Shown here: positions 26,358-38,208 of the stretch, one piece after another
Position numbering within the stretch: the stretch's first letter is position 1
Layout: each line of letters starts with the position of its first letter
IMG/VR virus record: IMGVR_UViG_3300032227_000922
Span: 6,116 to 70,115 of that record
DNA length: 64,000 bases
Reading direction: 5' to 3' (one strand)
Origin: a virus
Taxonomy: Duplodnaviria > Caudoviricetes
The notes under the pieces: generated by a model
The model's database searches: none
Told to the model about the DNA's origin: nothing
What the model saw: only the letters and a program-made list of their open reading frames with translations
Position numbers and translations under genes: made by a program

Positions 26358-28412
26358 TTAGGGTATGACGGTACCGCCGTTGTTGACGATCGTGTTAGGG
26401 ATTGTATAGCCGTTGAGACGAAGGGTGGCTCCGGCGTTGACTGTTACGGTTCCGGTTCCAAGAGAGGATGCTCTTCCGATGGAGACGGTTCCAGAATTGA
26501 TCACGGTGCCCCCGGAATAGGTATTTACACCGGAAAGCGATAAGGTACCGGTTCCAGCCTTGGTGAGCGTAAAGCCTGCTCCGCTGATTACGCCACCCAG
26601 GGAGAGCGTATTGCTACTAATTGTGATCTGGCGGCTGGCATTGAGCGTGATGGCTCCAGTCGTCTGGGTGAGGCTAGAGGTCCCCACGAACGTCGTGTCG
26701 GCATTCAGGTTGATCGCGTTGGTGATGGTCCTTGCTGCCCCGGAGGTATTATTGATGGTACCGCCAGCAATCGTTAGGGTTCCTGTACCCAAGGCACTGT
26801 TATTATTGATGTTGAGCTGCCCCGCATTCAGCGTTACGCCCCCATTATAGGTATTGGTACCACCCAAGCTAAGTGCTCCATTCCCGTCCTTTGTAATGGA
26901 AAAATTGCCGACAATAGCTCCTACTAAAGACAGTGTATTTGCGGTTACAGTGATTGTGGGGCTGATTCCAAAAACTACAGAAGCAGCCGATGCGATTAAA
27001 TTAGCTTCCCCAGAAAAGGTGAAGTTACCGTTGATGGTTATCGGGTTAGAGATATTCTTCGGTGATCCTGAAGTATTGCCGAGAGCCCCACCATTAATGG
27101 TCAACCCTCCGGTACCGAACGCAAAGGCAGTATTGGCGTTAAGCTGACCAGCGTTTAGGGTAGTCCCCCCACTGTAAGAATTATTTGCCGAGAGGGTCGT
27201 CGTGCCAGCTCCGCTCTGCGTGAAGGATCCGCCTCCTCCCAAAATCGCGGATACTGAGGCCGCTCCGCTGTTAACCGCTGTGTAGCCGCTGCTGATAATC
27301 ACTCCGCCTGATCCGGTGATGCTGCCGTTGCCAAGACTCACTGCTCCCACGCTCTGGTTGTTGGACCCGATATCCAGGGTGCCCGCTACTACGCTCACCG
27401 ATCCGATGCCCAAGGTATTGACCGCTCCGGCCGTCAAACGGCCAGCGTTTATGGTGAGGCCGCCGCTAAAGGGGTTAGACCCAGAAAGAGTTTGGGCTCC
27501 GTCCCCGTTTTTAACAAGGGAGACTTTTCCGCCGCTTGGTCCATCTGAAATAATGCTGTTGAAAACACTCGTCCCAGTAGGGGGGTTCAACGTTAGCGTC
27601 GAGGTGGTACCAGCAGCTGCCTTATTATCTATACGTAAAACGCTAGAAACACTGTTAACCAACGATCGGAATGTTTGGTCGTAGCCATTAAGGTCTAGGT
27701 TAAAACTGCTCCCACTTGTAACGGTGGTCAGCCCTACAGAAGTAGGCAAGGCGTTAGTGCGCCCCAAGCGTATTCCGCTATTAACGCTTCCTCCGAAAAC
27801 CCTGGTATCATTGGGCCACGAATTCCCAGATCCGCTTAAGATTATATAATTTCCTCCCGTCGAGCTAGATCTAAATAGTATGTTAGCAGTCGTGCTTGTG
27901 ATGGATCCTTGTAGATCTAAAGTAGACCCGTCTTGCGAGCCTATCCTCGCCGAAGTTCCAGTTACCAATATATTTCCGGTAATCACAGCTGTCCCGACTC
28001 CGACAGACTGAAGAAATCCCCTAAGCGACTGGGAAAATACACCAATAGCCGAAGTCCCTTCACCAGTTCCGGTAACATTATTACCTACAGTCGTTCCTCC
28101 GGATACAGCTAAAGAAGTTCCAGAAGCTACGGAAACACCCCCACTACCCAACGCTCCATCAGTTGTAGATACCAAGCCGCCGCCAGTACCCGTTATGGAG
28201 GTTCCCTCGTTGTAGGTGTTTATGCTGTTCAAAGTTAAAACGCTGTCGCCAGACTTAAGCAGTGAGCGATTCCCGGATATAACTCTTGAGAGGGTTAACG
28301 GGGTGAATACTGCAAGATGACTTACGCGCTTACCGTCAATTGACGTAATTTCTCCAGACGCGTTAACTACACGGCTCCCCAAATAAAGCTTCGTGAGATT
28401 GTCTAAGTCCAT
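26358..28412 (-). CDS. autotransporter-associated beta-strand repeat (PATR) tail fibre / receptor-binding protein
   Basis: Four clear LxKxGxGxLxLSGxNTYSGGTxINxG repeats; beta-helix composition. Confidence 0.8.
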   Translation of the reverse strand: MDLDNLTKLYLGSRVVNASGEITSIDGKRVSHLAVFTPLTLSRVISGNRSLLKSGDSVLTLNSINTYNEGTSITGTGGGLVSTTDGALGSGGVSVASGTSLAVSGGTTVGNNVTGTGEGTSAIGVFSQSLRGFLQSVGVGTAVITGNILVTGTSARIGSQDGSTLDLQGSITSTTANILFRSSSTGGNYIILSGSGNSWPNDTRVFGGSVNSGIRLGRTNALPTSVGLTTVTSGSSFNLDLNGYDQTFRSLVNSVSSVLRIDNKAAAGTTSTLTLNPPTGTSVFNSIISDGPSGGKVSLVKNGDGAQTLSGSNPFSGGLTINAGRLTAGAVNTLGIGSVSVVAGTLDIGSNNQSVGAVSLGNGSITGSGGVIISSGYTAVNSGAASVSAILGGGGSFTQSGAGTTTLSANNSYSGGTTLNAGQLNANTAFAFGTGGLTINGGALGNTSGSPKNISNPITINGNFTFSGEANLIASAASVVFGISPTITVTANTLSLVGAIVGNFSITKDGNGALSLGGTNTYNGGVTLNAGQLNINNNSALGTGTLTIAGGTINNTSGAARTITNAINLNADTTFVGTSSLTQTTGAITLNASRQITISSNTLSLGGVISGAGFTLTKAGTGTLSLSGVNTYSGGTVINSGTVSIGRASSLGTGTVTVNAGATLRLNGYTIPNTIVNNGGTVIP

Positions 28413-28414
28413 CG

Positions 28415-30447
<2,033 letters not shown>

Positions 30448-30528
30448 GGGAAATGGAGTTGGTTGATCCTCCCCGAAGAGCGGGCGGCAACCTCACTGGG
30501 TCACCACCCACTCAGGGGAGGGGGTCAA

Positions 30529-31950
30529 TCAGATGTTGATCGTCTCGTCGAGAGCGAGAGGAGTCGTGGCCCGCTTGTGGCGGATCACATAGCCCCACTC
30601 AGGACGGATCGGCTTGGAACCGCTGGAGAGGATCGCACGGAAGTATCCGAGCGTGCCATCCGGGTTGGTGACCTCGTTGAGGATGTTCTTCCACTTGAAG
30701 TCGCCCATGTAGCTCACGGCGTCGAAGGTGACGTTGGAGCCAGCGGCCGTGATCGGCTTCGGAACCAGGTTCGTAAACACGTCCTGGTGGAAGATGATCG
30801 TGTCCTCGAACTCGGCGGTCTCGTAAGCGGGGTCGATGTCCCACTTGGAGCCCTGAGTCGTCTGGACGGCCTTGTAAGGCAGGCGGCGGAAGTAGAGCTT
30901 CGCACCACCGGCGACGTTGGCGACGAGGGGGAGCGAGAGCCCAACCTCAGCACCGTCGATGCCAGTGACCACGGTTCCGGCGGCAACGCCCTCTCCGGAG
31001 ACGGGGAGACCGACACGCAGGGTGTCAGCACCACCATCAAGGACGACGACGGTTGCGCCAGCCGAAGCGGCGGAATCGAGGGCGTAGGCGTCGTGGCGGG
31101 GGAGCCAATCGTCCACCATGTGGAAGAAGCCAGCGTAGCTACGCTCGATGCCCAGGGGCGCGAGCAGCTCGTTGACCTTCGAGGACCAGCGGTAATCCTG
31201 ACGGATGTCCGCGTTCTCGGCGATGAGCTTGCGGCTGGCCTCGCTGGAGAGGATCGCACCGAAGACGGGGCGAGCGTTCTCACGATCGAGGGGGTTGTTG
31301 CCAGCTCCGTCGCGGATGAGCTTCATGTAGACGCGATCCAGAACGCCCTGGACGAGACCGGAGGTCGGGGTCGTGAGGCTGAAGGCGGAAGCCTCGCCGC
31401 TGTTGGCGATGAGCTTGCCCTGGCCGTCGACGGCGACGTTGATCTTGTTCTGGGCGAGACGGGTGTACTCGTCACGGAAGCGATCCTGCCAAGCGTAGGA
31501 GGTGTTCTCCTGGAGGATGGCGAAGATGTTCGAGAGCTGCTCCTTGCGCTTGAGGCTGAAGCGCAGATCGTTCACGGAGATGCGGGGGCTCTCCAGAGCG
31601 GTCTGGGTCAGGTTGTAAGCACGCAGGGTCTGCGCGAACTGGATCTGGGTCGCCTGAGGGATGGCGTTCACCGAGGTGTCGCCGCTACCAACGGAAGTGC
31701 CGTTGGAGAAAGCGGGCTGACCCTGGGAAGTCACCGGGTTCAGGGAGACGGAGGACCAGCTAAGGGCGTTGACCGGGAGCGAACGCTCGTAGGTCAGGAC
31801 CTTGATGGAATCGCCCATCTCATCGGGCCAAGTGTCTTTCTTGACGAGCTTGAGCCAGGGGCTGGTGTTGAGGGTCTTGCGATAGATATCGGGACCGATG
31901 CGGTTAGCTTCGTTGATCAGAAGCTGTTGAATGTCAGTGCTGTTGGGCAT
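30529..31950 (-). CDS. major capsid protein with inserted beta domain
   Basis: Start ATG 31950 (473 aa); follows the scaffold; strongly biased codon use; HK97-like length and composition. Confidence 0.8.
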   Translation of the reverse strand: MPNSTDIQQLLINEANRIGPDIYRKTLNTSPWLKLVKKDTWPDEMGDSIKVLTYERSLPVNALSWSSVSLNPVTSQGQPAFSNGTSVGSGDTSVNAIPQATQIQFAQTLRAYNLTQTALESPRISVNDLRFSLKRKEQLSNIFAILQENTSYAWQDRFRDEYTRLAQNKINVAVDGQGKLIANSGEASAFSLTTPTSGLVQGVLDRVYMKLIRDGAGNNPLDRENARPVFGAILSSEASRKLIAENADIRQDYRWSSKVNELLAPLGIERSYAGFFHMVDDWLPRHDAYALDSAASAGATVVVLDGGADTLRVGLPVSGEGVAAGTVVTGIDGAEVGLSLPLVANVAGGAKLYFRRLPYKAVQTTQGSKWDIDPAYETAEFEDTIIFHQDVFTNLVPKPITAAGSNVTFDAVSYMGDFKWKNILNEVTNPDGTLGYFRAILSSGSKPIRPEWGYVIRHKRATTPLALDETINI

Positions 31951-32100
31951 GTGAGTTTTAATTTGGGGTTGCCCGTGAACCCGCCCACCGGAGCTTTCCA
32001 GTGCGTAGAAGCGGATCAACGGATGCGCGTAAAGCGCAGGGTTGTGTTTCCCCGCCCGAGCCAAGGTGGAGCAGCCGAATGGCTGGTTTTAGCTCTTAGA
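31951..32100 (-). promoter_or_regulatory. structured 5-prime leader of the capsid gene
   Basis: Four consecutive hairpins on the - strand (CAGCC/GGCTG, TGCGC/GCGCA, CACTGGA/TCCGGTG, GGGTT/AACCC). Confidence 0.45.
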
Positions 32101-32174
32101 AAATTTGGACTGCGAAGAGTGATTTCGGCTCACACCGCCGTTTACCGGGTAGATGTGACCGGTCGCACAATGAA

Positions 32175-32187
32175 GGCGTAATATACC
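32175..32187. promoter_or_regulatory. 13-bp operator-like palindrome
   Basis: GGCGTAATATACC, just downstream of a minus-strand TTGACA (32199-32204). Confidence 0.6.
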
Positions 32188-32287
32188 ACGCACATGCGTG
32201 TCAACAATTTTTTCTACAAAAAAGCTGTGGCCGCCCCCTTGCGAGAGCGACCACGTAACCTTTTCTCCAACTTGGAAGATAGGAAGC

Positions 32288-33544
32288 CTATCCGAGCTGC
32301 TGCTCCAGAGCCTCCAGGAACCCGACGTCCCCGTCGACTTCACGGGCGGAATCACTGGAACCACTACCGGCTTTCGGAGATCCGTTGCGGTACCCGGCAA
32401 TCTTCTTGTTGGCCTCCTCAAGCTCACCCTTTGCGGCCTTCAGGGCCTTCAAGATGTGCGGGAGAAGGGCACCGGAGTGCGCCAGGTAGGACTTCAGCTC
32501 GGGGTCCGCACCGGAGTAATCCTCCTTGGCGAGTCTCTGAACCTCGGCAGCGACCTCCTCGTCCTCCAGGACTGGGACGGACTTCTTGAGATCCTCAAAC
32601 ACCTTGGAGGTGGCCTTCTCGTAGGCGGCCTTGGTTTCAGACGTAGTCCTCTCAGACTCGGCCTGCTGACGGGCGATCTCCTCCTGACGCTGCTGCTCGA
32701 TCTGCTCCATTCGCTCGCGGCTGCTCTGCTGGTAGTAATCGCGGCGACGGATGATCTCGTTGTAATCGTCGGCTGCGGCGTAGAACCGGAGACGGTCGCG
32801 TTCGTTCATGTTGGCGGCAATGTCCGCGATCAGGTCGCCCTGCTTGTTGGGGTCCATCTCGGCAAACGCGGCGAGCATCTCCTTGGAGTCAAGCTCGTAG
32901 CGTTCCGAAAGGGAATTGAGGTAACCCACAACGCCAACCATCGGTTCAACGACATTTGCCTTGTACTCTTGGGTGGCCTCGACTCTGGCAACCGAAAGCT
33001 CTTGCTCATACTCCTGGTTGATCTGGCGAAGACGTTCGACCTCTGAGGTGTCGGCGGTGGTTGCCTTGGCCTTCTCAAGCTCCTGCTTCAGAGTCTCGAT
33101 TTCCTTAGCGTACTCCTTGGCCTTGGCGGCTTCGGCGCGAAGCTCGCCCCATTTGACGGCGGCCTTCTCGGTCAGTCCTTTGGGGGTCTCCTCGGTCTTC
33201 TCAACATTTTCACCTGGATCTTCACCCTTCGGCTCCTCCCCCTCGGCATCCCCCTTATCCTCAGTGGTTTCCTCCTCTTTTGAGATCTTCACTTTTTCCG
33301 CCTTTTTGTCAGAAGTTTTGGCGGTTTTTTCTGACGAACCCTTGACCTTGCTGGCCCGCTTTTCAGCGGCCGTCTTACCCTCGTCGGCTTTGCCGTACTT
33401 GGTGGCTCCTGTTTCGTCGTTCAGCGTTCCAATCTCGGCATCGAGTCGGGACGCCCAATCGTCCATTCCTCCGGACGAGGGTGCTGGGGCCACCTCCAGG
33501 TTGGCCTGGGTGGATGCTTCAATAATGTTGGCTTCGGGGTCCAT
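32288..33544 (-). CDS. capsid scaffolding protein
   Basis: Acidic, disordered N-terminus plus long coiled coil; between portal and capsid genes. Confidence 0.8.
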   Translation of the reverse strand: MDPEANIIEASTQANLEVAPAPSSGGMDDWASRLDAEIGTLNDETGATKYGKADEGKTAAEKRASKVKGSSEKTAKTSDKKAEKVKISKEEETTEDKGDAEGEEPKGEDPGENVEKTEETPKGLTEKAAVKWGELRAEAAKAKEYAKEIETLKQELEKAKATTADTSEVERLRQINQEYEQELSVARVEATQEYKANVVEPMVGVVGYLNSLSERYELDSKEMLAAFAEMDPNKQGDLIADIAANMNERDRLRFYAAADDYNEIIRRRDYYQQSSRERMEQIEQQRQEEIARQQAESERTTSETKAAYEKATSKVFEDLKKSVPVLEDEEVAAEVQRLAKEDYSGADPELKSYLAHSGALLPHILKALKAAKGELEEANKKIAGYRNGSPKAGSGSSDSAREVDGDVGFLEALEQQLG

Positions 33545-33571
33545 GTTGGTTGGGTTGTTTTGGTGTTTGGG

Positions 33572-33862
33572 TTATTCCTGCTCCTGAGAAGCGTGCTTCC
33601 AGGGGGAAAGATCGAGATCGGGGCCCTTCTGCTTCATGATCGCAAGGGCGCGGAGGTTGGAGAGGCACTCAAAGTAACCTTCCCGCTTGGAGTTGAGGAG
33701 GGCGTGGTTCTCCATGAGGTTGGGGGAATCAATCTTGAGGCGGGTGCGGGGTGTGCCGACATCCTCAAGGACACTGATGGCCAGTTGCATGGTGGGGTTC
33801 CGCAGAATCTGCGAAAACTCTTCGACGAGGTCGGGACGAGCCGACCACTCTTTTGGGGTCAT
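33572..33862 (-). CDS. small head-module protein
   Basis: 96 aa, helical; between portal and scaffold. Confidence 0.65.
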   Translation of the reverse strand: MTPKEWSARPDLVEEFSQILRNPTMQLAISVLEDVGTPRTRLKIDSPNLMENHALLNSKREGYFECLSNLRALAIMKQKGPDLDLSPWKHASQEQE

Positions 33863-33872
33863 AGGTTAGGAG

Positions 33873-36119
33873 TTAGGCGGGCTGCGAAGCCTGCCTGATT
33901 TTCTGTGCGGTTTCGGCGTCGCGTGACGCCAGCTTTTGTTTAGCCTCTGCATCTTGCAGGGCCATTTTCTGCTCATGTCGCTCGCGCTCCATTTGCAATT
34001 CTACCTGATGCTGCTGCATCTTGGCTGCCATGTCAGCCTCCCCGCCCTGTGCGGGCTGGCCACCGCCCTGCTGGGCGGCTTCGGCCTGGCGGGCTTGCTC
34101 GGCTTGAACTTTCTCCACCGTCTGCTCGGCGATCTCACCGGCCTGCTGAAATGCCTTCTTGAGCTGTCCATACTCCTGCTTGCGGCTGGGGTCTTGGGCG
34201 ACCTGCTGTAGATGCTCGTTGGCGTGGGGCATGGCGAGCTGGAAGTATTGCGCAGCCTGTGCGGGATCGGCTTGCATTCCCTTGACGGCCTCGGCCATCC
34301 GCGAAATGTCCTGAATGTGAACCTGTGCGTGAACGAAGTGGTTTTCGGTCGGCTGCACCTGGACCTGACGGCCCTGTGCCATCGCGGCATTTTCCAGTTC
34401 CGCGATCTTGGTGTCGATGACTGGTCGGGAATCGGGAAGCTTGGGGACGTAACGATCGACATGGTCGTAGCCAACACGGGCGGCGACCCGGTCGCGCAGA
34501 AGGTTCTGGCGGCCCTGCTCGTCGAACTGGTTGGCGATCGCCATGAACTCGTCCATCGCCACAAGGCGGAGCTGGTCGGAACCGGCACCGATCGAGCGAA
34601 CGGCGGAAACATCGGTCACCTTGTTGTGGAGAACGTCGAGGGGAACGCCGCGCTCCGTGCAGTATTTCTTAAAGGCTGCAACAGCCTCACCGCCGCGCTC
34701 GGCGACAAGGTAATCCTTGCGGGTTGCACGACGGAAAGCCCCGCGAAGCAGGCGATTCCAGGGCTCGTAGAAAAGGTTCATGGCACCAGTCGTCAACCGG
34801 GCCTCGCCCTGAAGCTGGGCTTGAACCTCAAATTTGGTGCGCTCTTTCGAGTTAGGGTTACCGGCGGGAGCGGTATAGGAGCCAGCCCTGCGTGAGAGCT
34901 GCTCGGTCATGTCCTGTAGAACCGGAATCGCGTTCTGGCCAATGTTGGGAAGCTGCTTATCGAGAATGTTGACCCCGGAGTTCAGGACACTGAAGGGTCC
35001 AAGGTACTCGAATGCCAGGTTCTCAAGGCTGTCCTCGCTGTCAGGCTGGATCAGCAGGGAGGTCGAAAGCATCGCGCCGTCGACAAACTGGCAACGCATC
35101 CGGTTCTGAACCTGAATGTGAGGAAAGATTTTGTACCCGAGGCCCCGGATCGACTGGTAGTAGCCGTTGGTTCCTACCCCGTAGGTGAAGGTGATGAAGG
35201 CTTCGGAAGCGCGGCGGAAGCGGCTGCGCTTGGAATAAAGGAAATCCTTGTTGGTGCCATCAGCCAGCGAAATGTAGTGGCTGACGGTGCCGTCGTATTC
35301 CTTGACCCATGCATGAATTACGCGGACTTCGGAACCGGAACCGTGGGCGACAAAAATGTCGTTGTTCTTGAGATCCTCCTGGTACCGTTCCCAGTTGGTG
35401 ATGTGGTAGGTGTCCTGGGCACCGCTATTGGCAAGGATGGCCTTCTTAACCTCCTGGACATTCCAGCCCAGCTCCTCCGCACGGGTCTCGTCCTTGATGA
35501 AGCTGTAAAGCTCATGGGCCCTCATCACTCGGGGCGAGATCGCAACCTCGATTAACTCTTCGCTTGCGAATGTTCTACGTGGAATCAGGAAGTCGCCGAT
35601 CTTGGAAATCTGCCAGCGCCAGTCGTATTCATCCTCCCAGTAGGCGATGGAAACGCCGTGTTTGATGAAGAAAGTGCTGTTGAGGACGTGCTTGAAATTG
35701 AACTCGTCCCAATCGCGAAGCATGCGGGTGAATCCTTCGGAAATGATGCGCTCGTAGTCGCCCTTCTTCTGCGGGTCCTTCTCCTGAACGCTGACGGACA
35801 CAAGGTTCTCGACCGAGTTGATCAGGTCGACATAACCGGCAAGAGCGGCTTCAAGAAGCGTTTCCGCTTCGCCGAAGTTCAGGTTGCAGCGGCTTCCCAT
35901 GCCCGCCTCACGAAGCACGTTGTCATCGTAGGGAGCGGCTCCGTCAAACATGGCATCGACCTCGGCGCGGTTACGCGCATTGACATCGTCGGCCTGCTTG
36001 AGGCGATGGTAGACCTGGTTCAACGAGTCAGGGTCCTTGATACGGCTCGGGGGAGTCGTACCGTCAGGATTAAGATTAGCAACGAGAGGCTCGTTGGGAC
36101 TTTGAGACAGGGTCAGCAT
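33873..36119 (-). CDS. portal protein
   Basis: 748 aa directly after terL; Gln-rich helical C-terminal tail typical of podophage portals. Confidence 0.8.
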   Translation of the reverse strand: MLTLSQSPNEPLVANLNPDGTTPPSRIKDPDSLNQVYHRLKQADDVNARNRAEVDAMFDGAAPYDDNVLREAGMGSRCNLNFGEAETLLEAALAGYVDLINSVENLVSVSVQEKDPQKKGDYERIISEGFTRMLRDWDEFNFKHVLNSTFFIKHGVSIAYWEDEYDWRWQISKIGDFLIPRRTFASEELIEVAISPRVMRAHELYSFIKDETRAEELGWNVQEVKKAILANSGAQDTYHITNWERYQEDLKNNDIFVAHGSGSEVRVIHAWVKEYDGTVSHYISLADGTNKDFLYSKRSRFRRASEAFITFTYGVGTNGYYQSIRGLGYKIFPHIQVQNRMRCQFVDGAMLSTSLLIQPDSEDSLENLAFEYLGPFSVLNSGVNILDKQLPNIGQNAIPVLQDMTEQLSRRAGSYTAPAGNPNSKERTKFEVQAQLQGEARLTTGAMNLFYEPWNRLLRGAFRRATRKDYLVAERGGEAVAAFKKYCTERGVPLDVLHNKVTDVSAVRSIGAGSDQLRLVAMDEFMAIANQFDEQGRQNLLRDRVAARVGYDHVDRYVPKLPDSRPVIDTKIAELENAAMAQGRQVQVQPTENHFVHAQVHIQDISRMAEAVKGMQADPAQAAQYFQLAMPHANEHLQQVAQDPSRKQEYGQLKKAFQQAGEIAEQTVEKVQAEQARQAEAAQQGGGQPAQGGEADMAAKMQQHQVELQMERERHEQKMALQDAEAKQKLASRDAETAQKIRQASQPA

Positions 36120-36168
36120 TAAGAGCTAGTGGTGGGAAAGTGTTGCGGAAGCGTCGTAGTAGGTGAGT

Positions 36169-36181
36169 GGTTTCATACACC
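36169..36181. promoter_or_regulatory. 13-bp operator-like palindrome
   Basis: GGTTTCATACACC in the terL-portal gap, next to minus-strand TTGACA (36184-36189). Confidence 0.65.
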
Positions 36182-36185
36182 CTTG

Positions 36186-37985
36186 TCAACTAGAAAATTT
36201 GTTGACCTGGAGGCGTTTCCCGAAATTGGCGTTGAAGAGCTTTCCGAACGCCACTTTCCGTTTCACCTGTACGGCGGTCTCGCTGCGCTTTATCTGCACG
36301 GTCATCCCACCGAACCCGAACCGCTGACGGCAGAGTTCGATCAAAATCATGGCCGCATCCGCAAGGTCGGGCGACTCGCCCGTGCGGGCCTTCATGTCAA
36401 TTTTACTTTCTACGACCATCCTTAAGCCCACCCCCTTTTGGGTACTATACTTTCTAGCGCACATTTCCTTGGCCAGCTCCCCGTCGATGCCTTTGAGCTG
36501 TCCGGTACGGATCAATTCCTTGGCCCCGAACCAGAGTTCCGTCACGCGATTAACGTACCGGTCGCAGGAAAGCGTGGAGTCGGTTATAGACACGGGTAGC
36601 TCGCTGGCCTTCCCGCCAAACTGGACGCCGAGAACCTCCGGTGACCATGCCATTGCGACCACGTCTCCGAAAGGCCCGCCAGCTCCCGACTTGTCGTAGG
36701 CGGCGTTGTAGGGGTCGATCCCCTCGTTCTCGCAGATTTCCCGGAACTGCTGCACAATCTGCTCCGTGCGAGTGCGCTTTTTATCGGTGACGTCGTCCCG
36801 AAGCAGCTTGCGGTGGGTAAACATCAATGTAGGGATTCCATCCCTGGAGATACCAAAAAGACCGAACTGAACGGGGGTTCGGTCGCCCCCGTTTGTGAAG
36901 GCCGGATCGAGCGCGGCCACCGGGGTAGGCTTTTCCAGCCAGATGGCGTCCTTATCCGCACCGGCGGTGATGATCTCGGTCTCCGAGTAAATGTTGTCCT
37001 CGTCGCCGGTCGGGGCCCAATACCCACGGAACATTCGGTAGTAGGCCAGTGAGTTTTCGCCGAACCGCGCCTTGGCCTCATCGAGCTTAACCTGGGTGAC
37101 AATCCAGGGGTAGATCAACTTACCAGTCATGACGTTCGGGCTTTTCTCACCGTCAAACCGGATGCAAAGTCCTCGCTCGGTCAACCACTCGTCCTCCATG
37201 GGGCTGATCGACTGCCAGCCATCCTTCGGCTTTGCCAGGATGCCGAACGCATCAAACCGGGATGCAGGGTTTCCGATTCCAATGAACTGGAACTCGGGAT
37301 TCAAAGAAAGGTTGGATGCCGAAGCCTCCAGAATCGATTCGGAAAGCTCAGGCATTTCGTCGGCGATCACTATCACCCTTTTGTTCTTGAACCCGATCAG
37401 CTTGCCCACCGCCTCCTTTTCTTTTTTCTTTTCAGCGGCAATGAGGGTGATACCGCATTTGTCCGATGTCCCGCCCGTGCCATCCTCAAAGCGGATGAGA
37501 CCGACGGAGTCCACGAGCTTGCCGGGAAGCGGCGGAGCGGCCTGCCAGTAATCTCGGATGGAACCCCAGATGCGCTTGCGGGAATCCTTCAGCGTGGTCG
37601 AAGTGACCAGCACCATCGTGTCGTAGGGGGCCACGATGAAGTTCACAATCGCCCAGATGGCGAAGAAATCTGTCTTACCAGATGAGGCACAGCCAGCCAC
37701 CGCAAGATACTTGTTGGCGCAGGCGGCCTCCAACATCCGTTCGGCCCAGGGATGCCAGATAAAAGGTTTCGGGCCGTCGTCCGGCCAGAGAGCGGAGACG
37801 ATTCGCTTGAAATGGTATTCCCGGGTCTCTCCGCCATTCTCGATGGCGACGGGATTGCGAAAGCAGTAAAGTTCGCGATTGAACTGGTCGATGGATTTTT
37901 TCCACCAACGCCCATACTGATACTCCTTGTCGGAGACGTCGATTAACCGCCCATCAGCGGTTTTTACTGCCCGTGGTGTCCCCAT
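36186..37985 (-). CDS. terL: terminase large subunit
   Basis: Walker A GCASSGKT, Walker B VIVIADE, RNase H-like nuclease ALDPAF...SPDLADA. Confidence 0.92.
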   Translation of the reverse strand: MGTPRAVKTADGRLIDVSDKEYQYGRWWKKSIDQFNRELYCFRNPVAIENGGETREYHFKRIVSALWPDDGPKPFIWHPWAERMLEAACANKYLAVAGCASSGKTDFFAIWAIVNFIVAPYDTMVLVTSTTLKDSRKRIWGSIRDYWQAAPPLPGKLVDSVGLIRFEDGTGGTSDKCGITLIAAEKKKEKEAVGKLIGFKNKRVIVIADEMPELSESILEASASNLSLNPEFQFIGIGNPASRFDAFGILAKPKDGWQSISPMEDEWLTERGLCIRFDGEKSPNVMTGKLIYPWIVTQVKLDEAKARFGENSLAYYRMFRGYWAPTGDEDNIYSETEIITAGADKDAIWLEKPTPVAALDPAFTNGGDRTPVQFGLFGISRDGIPTLMFTHRKLLRDDVTDKKRTRTEQIVQQFREICENEGIDPYNAAYDKSGAGGPFGDVVAMAWSPEVLGVQFGGKASELPVSITDSTLSCDRYVNRVTELWFGAKELIRTGQLKGIDGELAKEMCARKYSTQKGVGLRMVVESKIDMKARTGESPDLADAAMILIELCRQRFGFGGMTVQIKRSETAVQVKRKVAFGKLFNANFGKRLQVNKFSS

Positions 37986-38091
37986 TCTGTCACCAGAGCT
38001 TGGGATTTTGAGCTTCTCCTAGGAGAAAATCCCGGAGCCTACGGGGCTCGAATCCGCTACGTAATATACCAGTTCCATATGACTGCATGGG

Positions 38092-38124
38092 GGTGTAATA
38101 TGCCTTTTCAGAGGTAAAAGTCAA
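38092..38124 (-). promoter_or_regulatory. terL promoter overlapped by an operator-like palindrome
   Basis: Minus strand TTGACT-16 nt-CATATT; GGTGTAATATGCC (38092-38104) covers the -10. Confidence 0.55.
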
Positions 38125-38159
38125 GTAGGGTGCGTAGTGGTTTACCACTTTTTGTAGGC

Positions 38160-38172
38160 GGTTTCATACACC
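38160..38172. promoter_or_regulatory. 13-bp operator-like palindrome
   Basis: GGTTTCATACACC, identical to 36169-36181; 8 nt upstream of TTGACA 38181. Confidence 0.65.
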
Positions 38173-38184
38173 TTTTGGGGTTGA

Positions 38185-38208
38185 CAAGTGTCACCAAGTG
38201 TCACCAAG
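38185..38208 (+). repeat. 10-bp tandem repeat, candidate integrase arm-type site
   Basis: CAAGTGTCAC x2 + CAAG, immediately upstream of int. Confidence 0.5.

Noticed and set aside
30463-32181. 572-aa + strand ORF, and similar ORFs at 50669-51397 and 61566-62828
   Set aside because: Antisense shadows of the capsid, primase-helicase and AAA genes.
32176-32204. Complete sigma70 promoters at 32199 and 36184
   Set aside because: TTGACA is present but no acceptable -10 lies at 16-18 nt, so only the operator sites are reported.
38040-38075. tRNA-like GGGCTCGAATCC fragment as attP core
   Set aside because: The flanks do not form a T-stem or acceptor stem, and no cloverleaf can be built.
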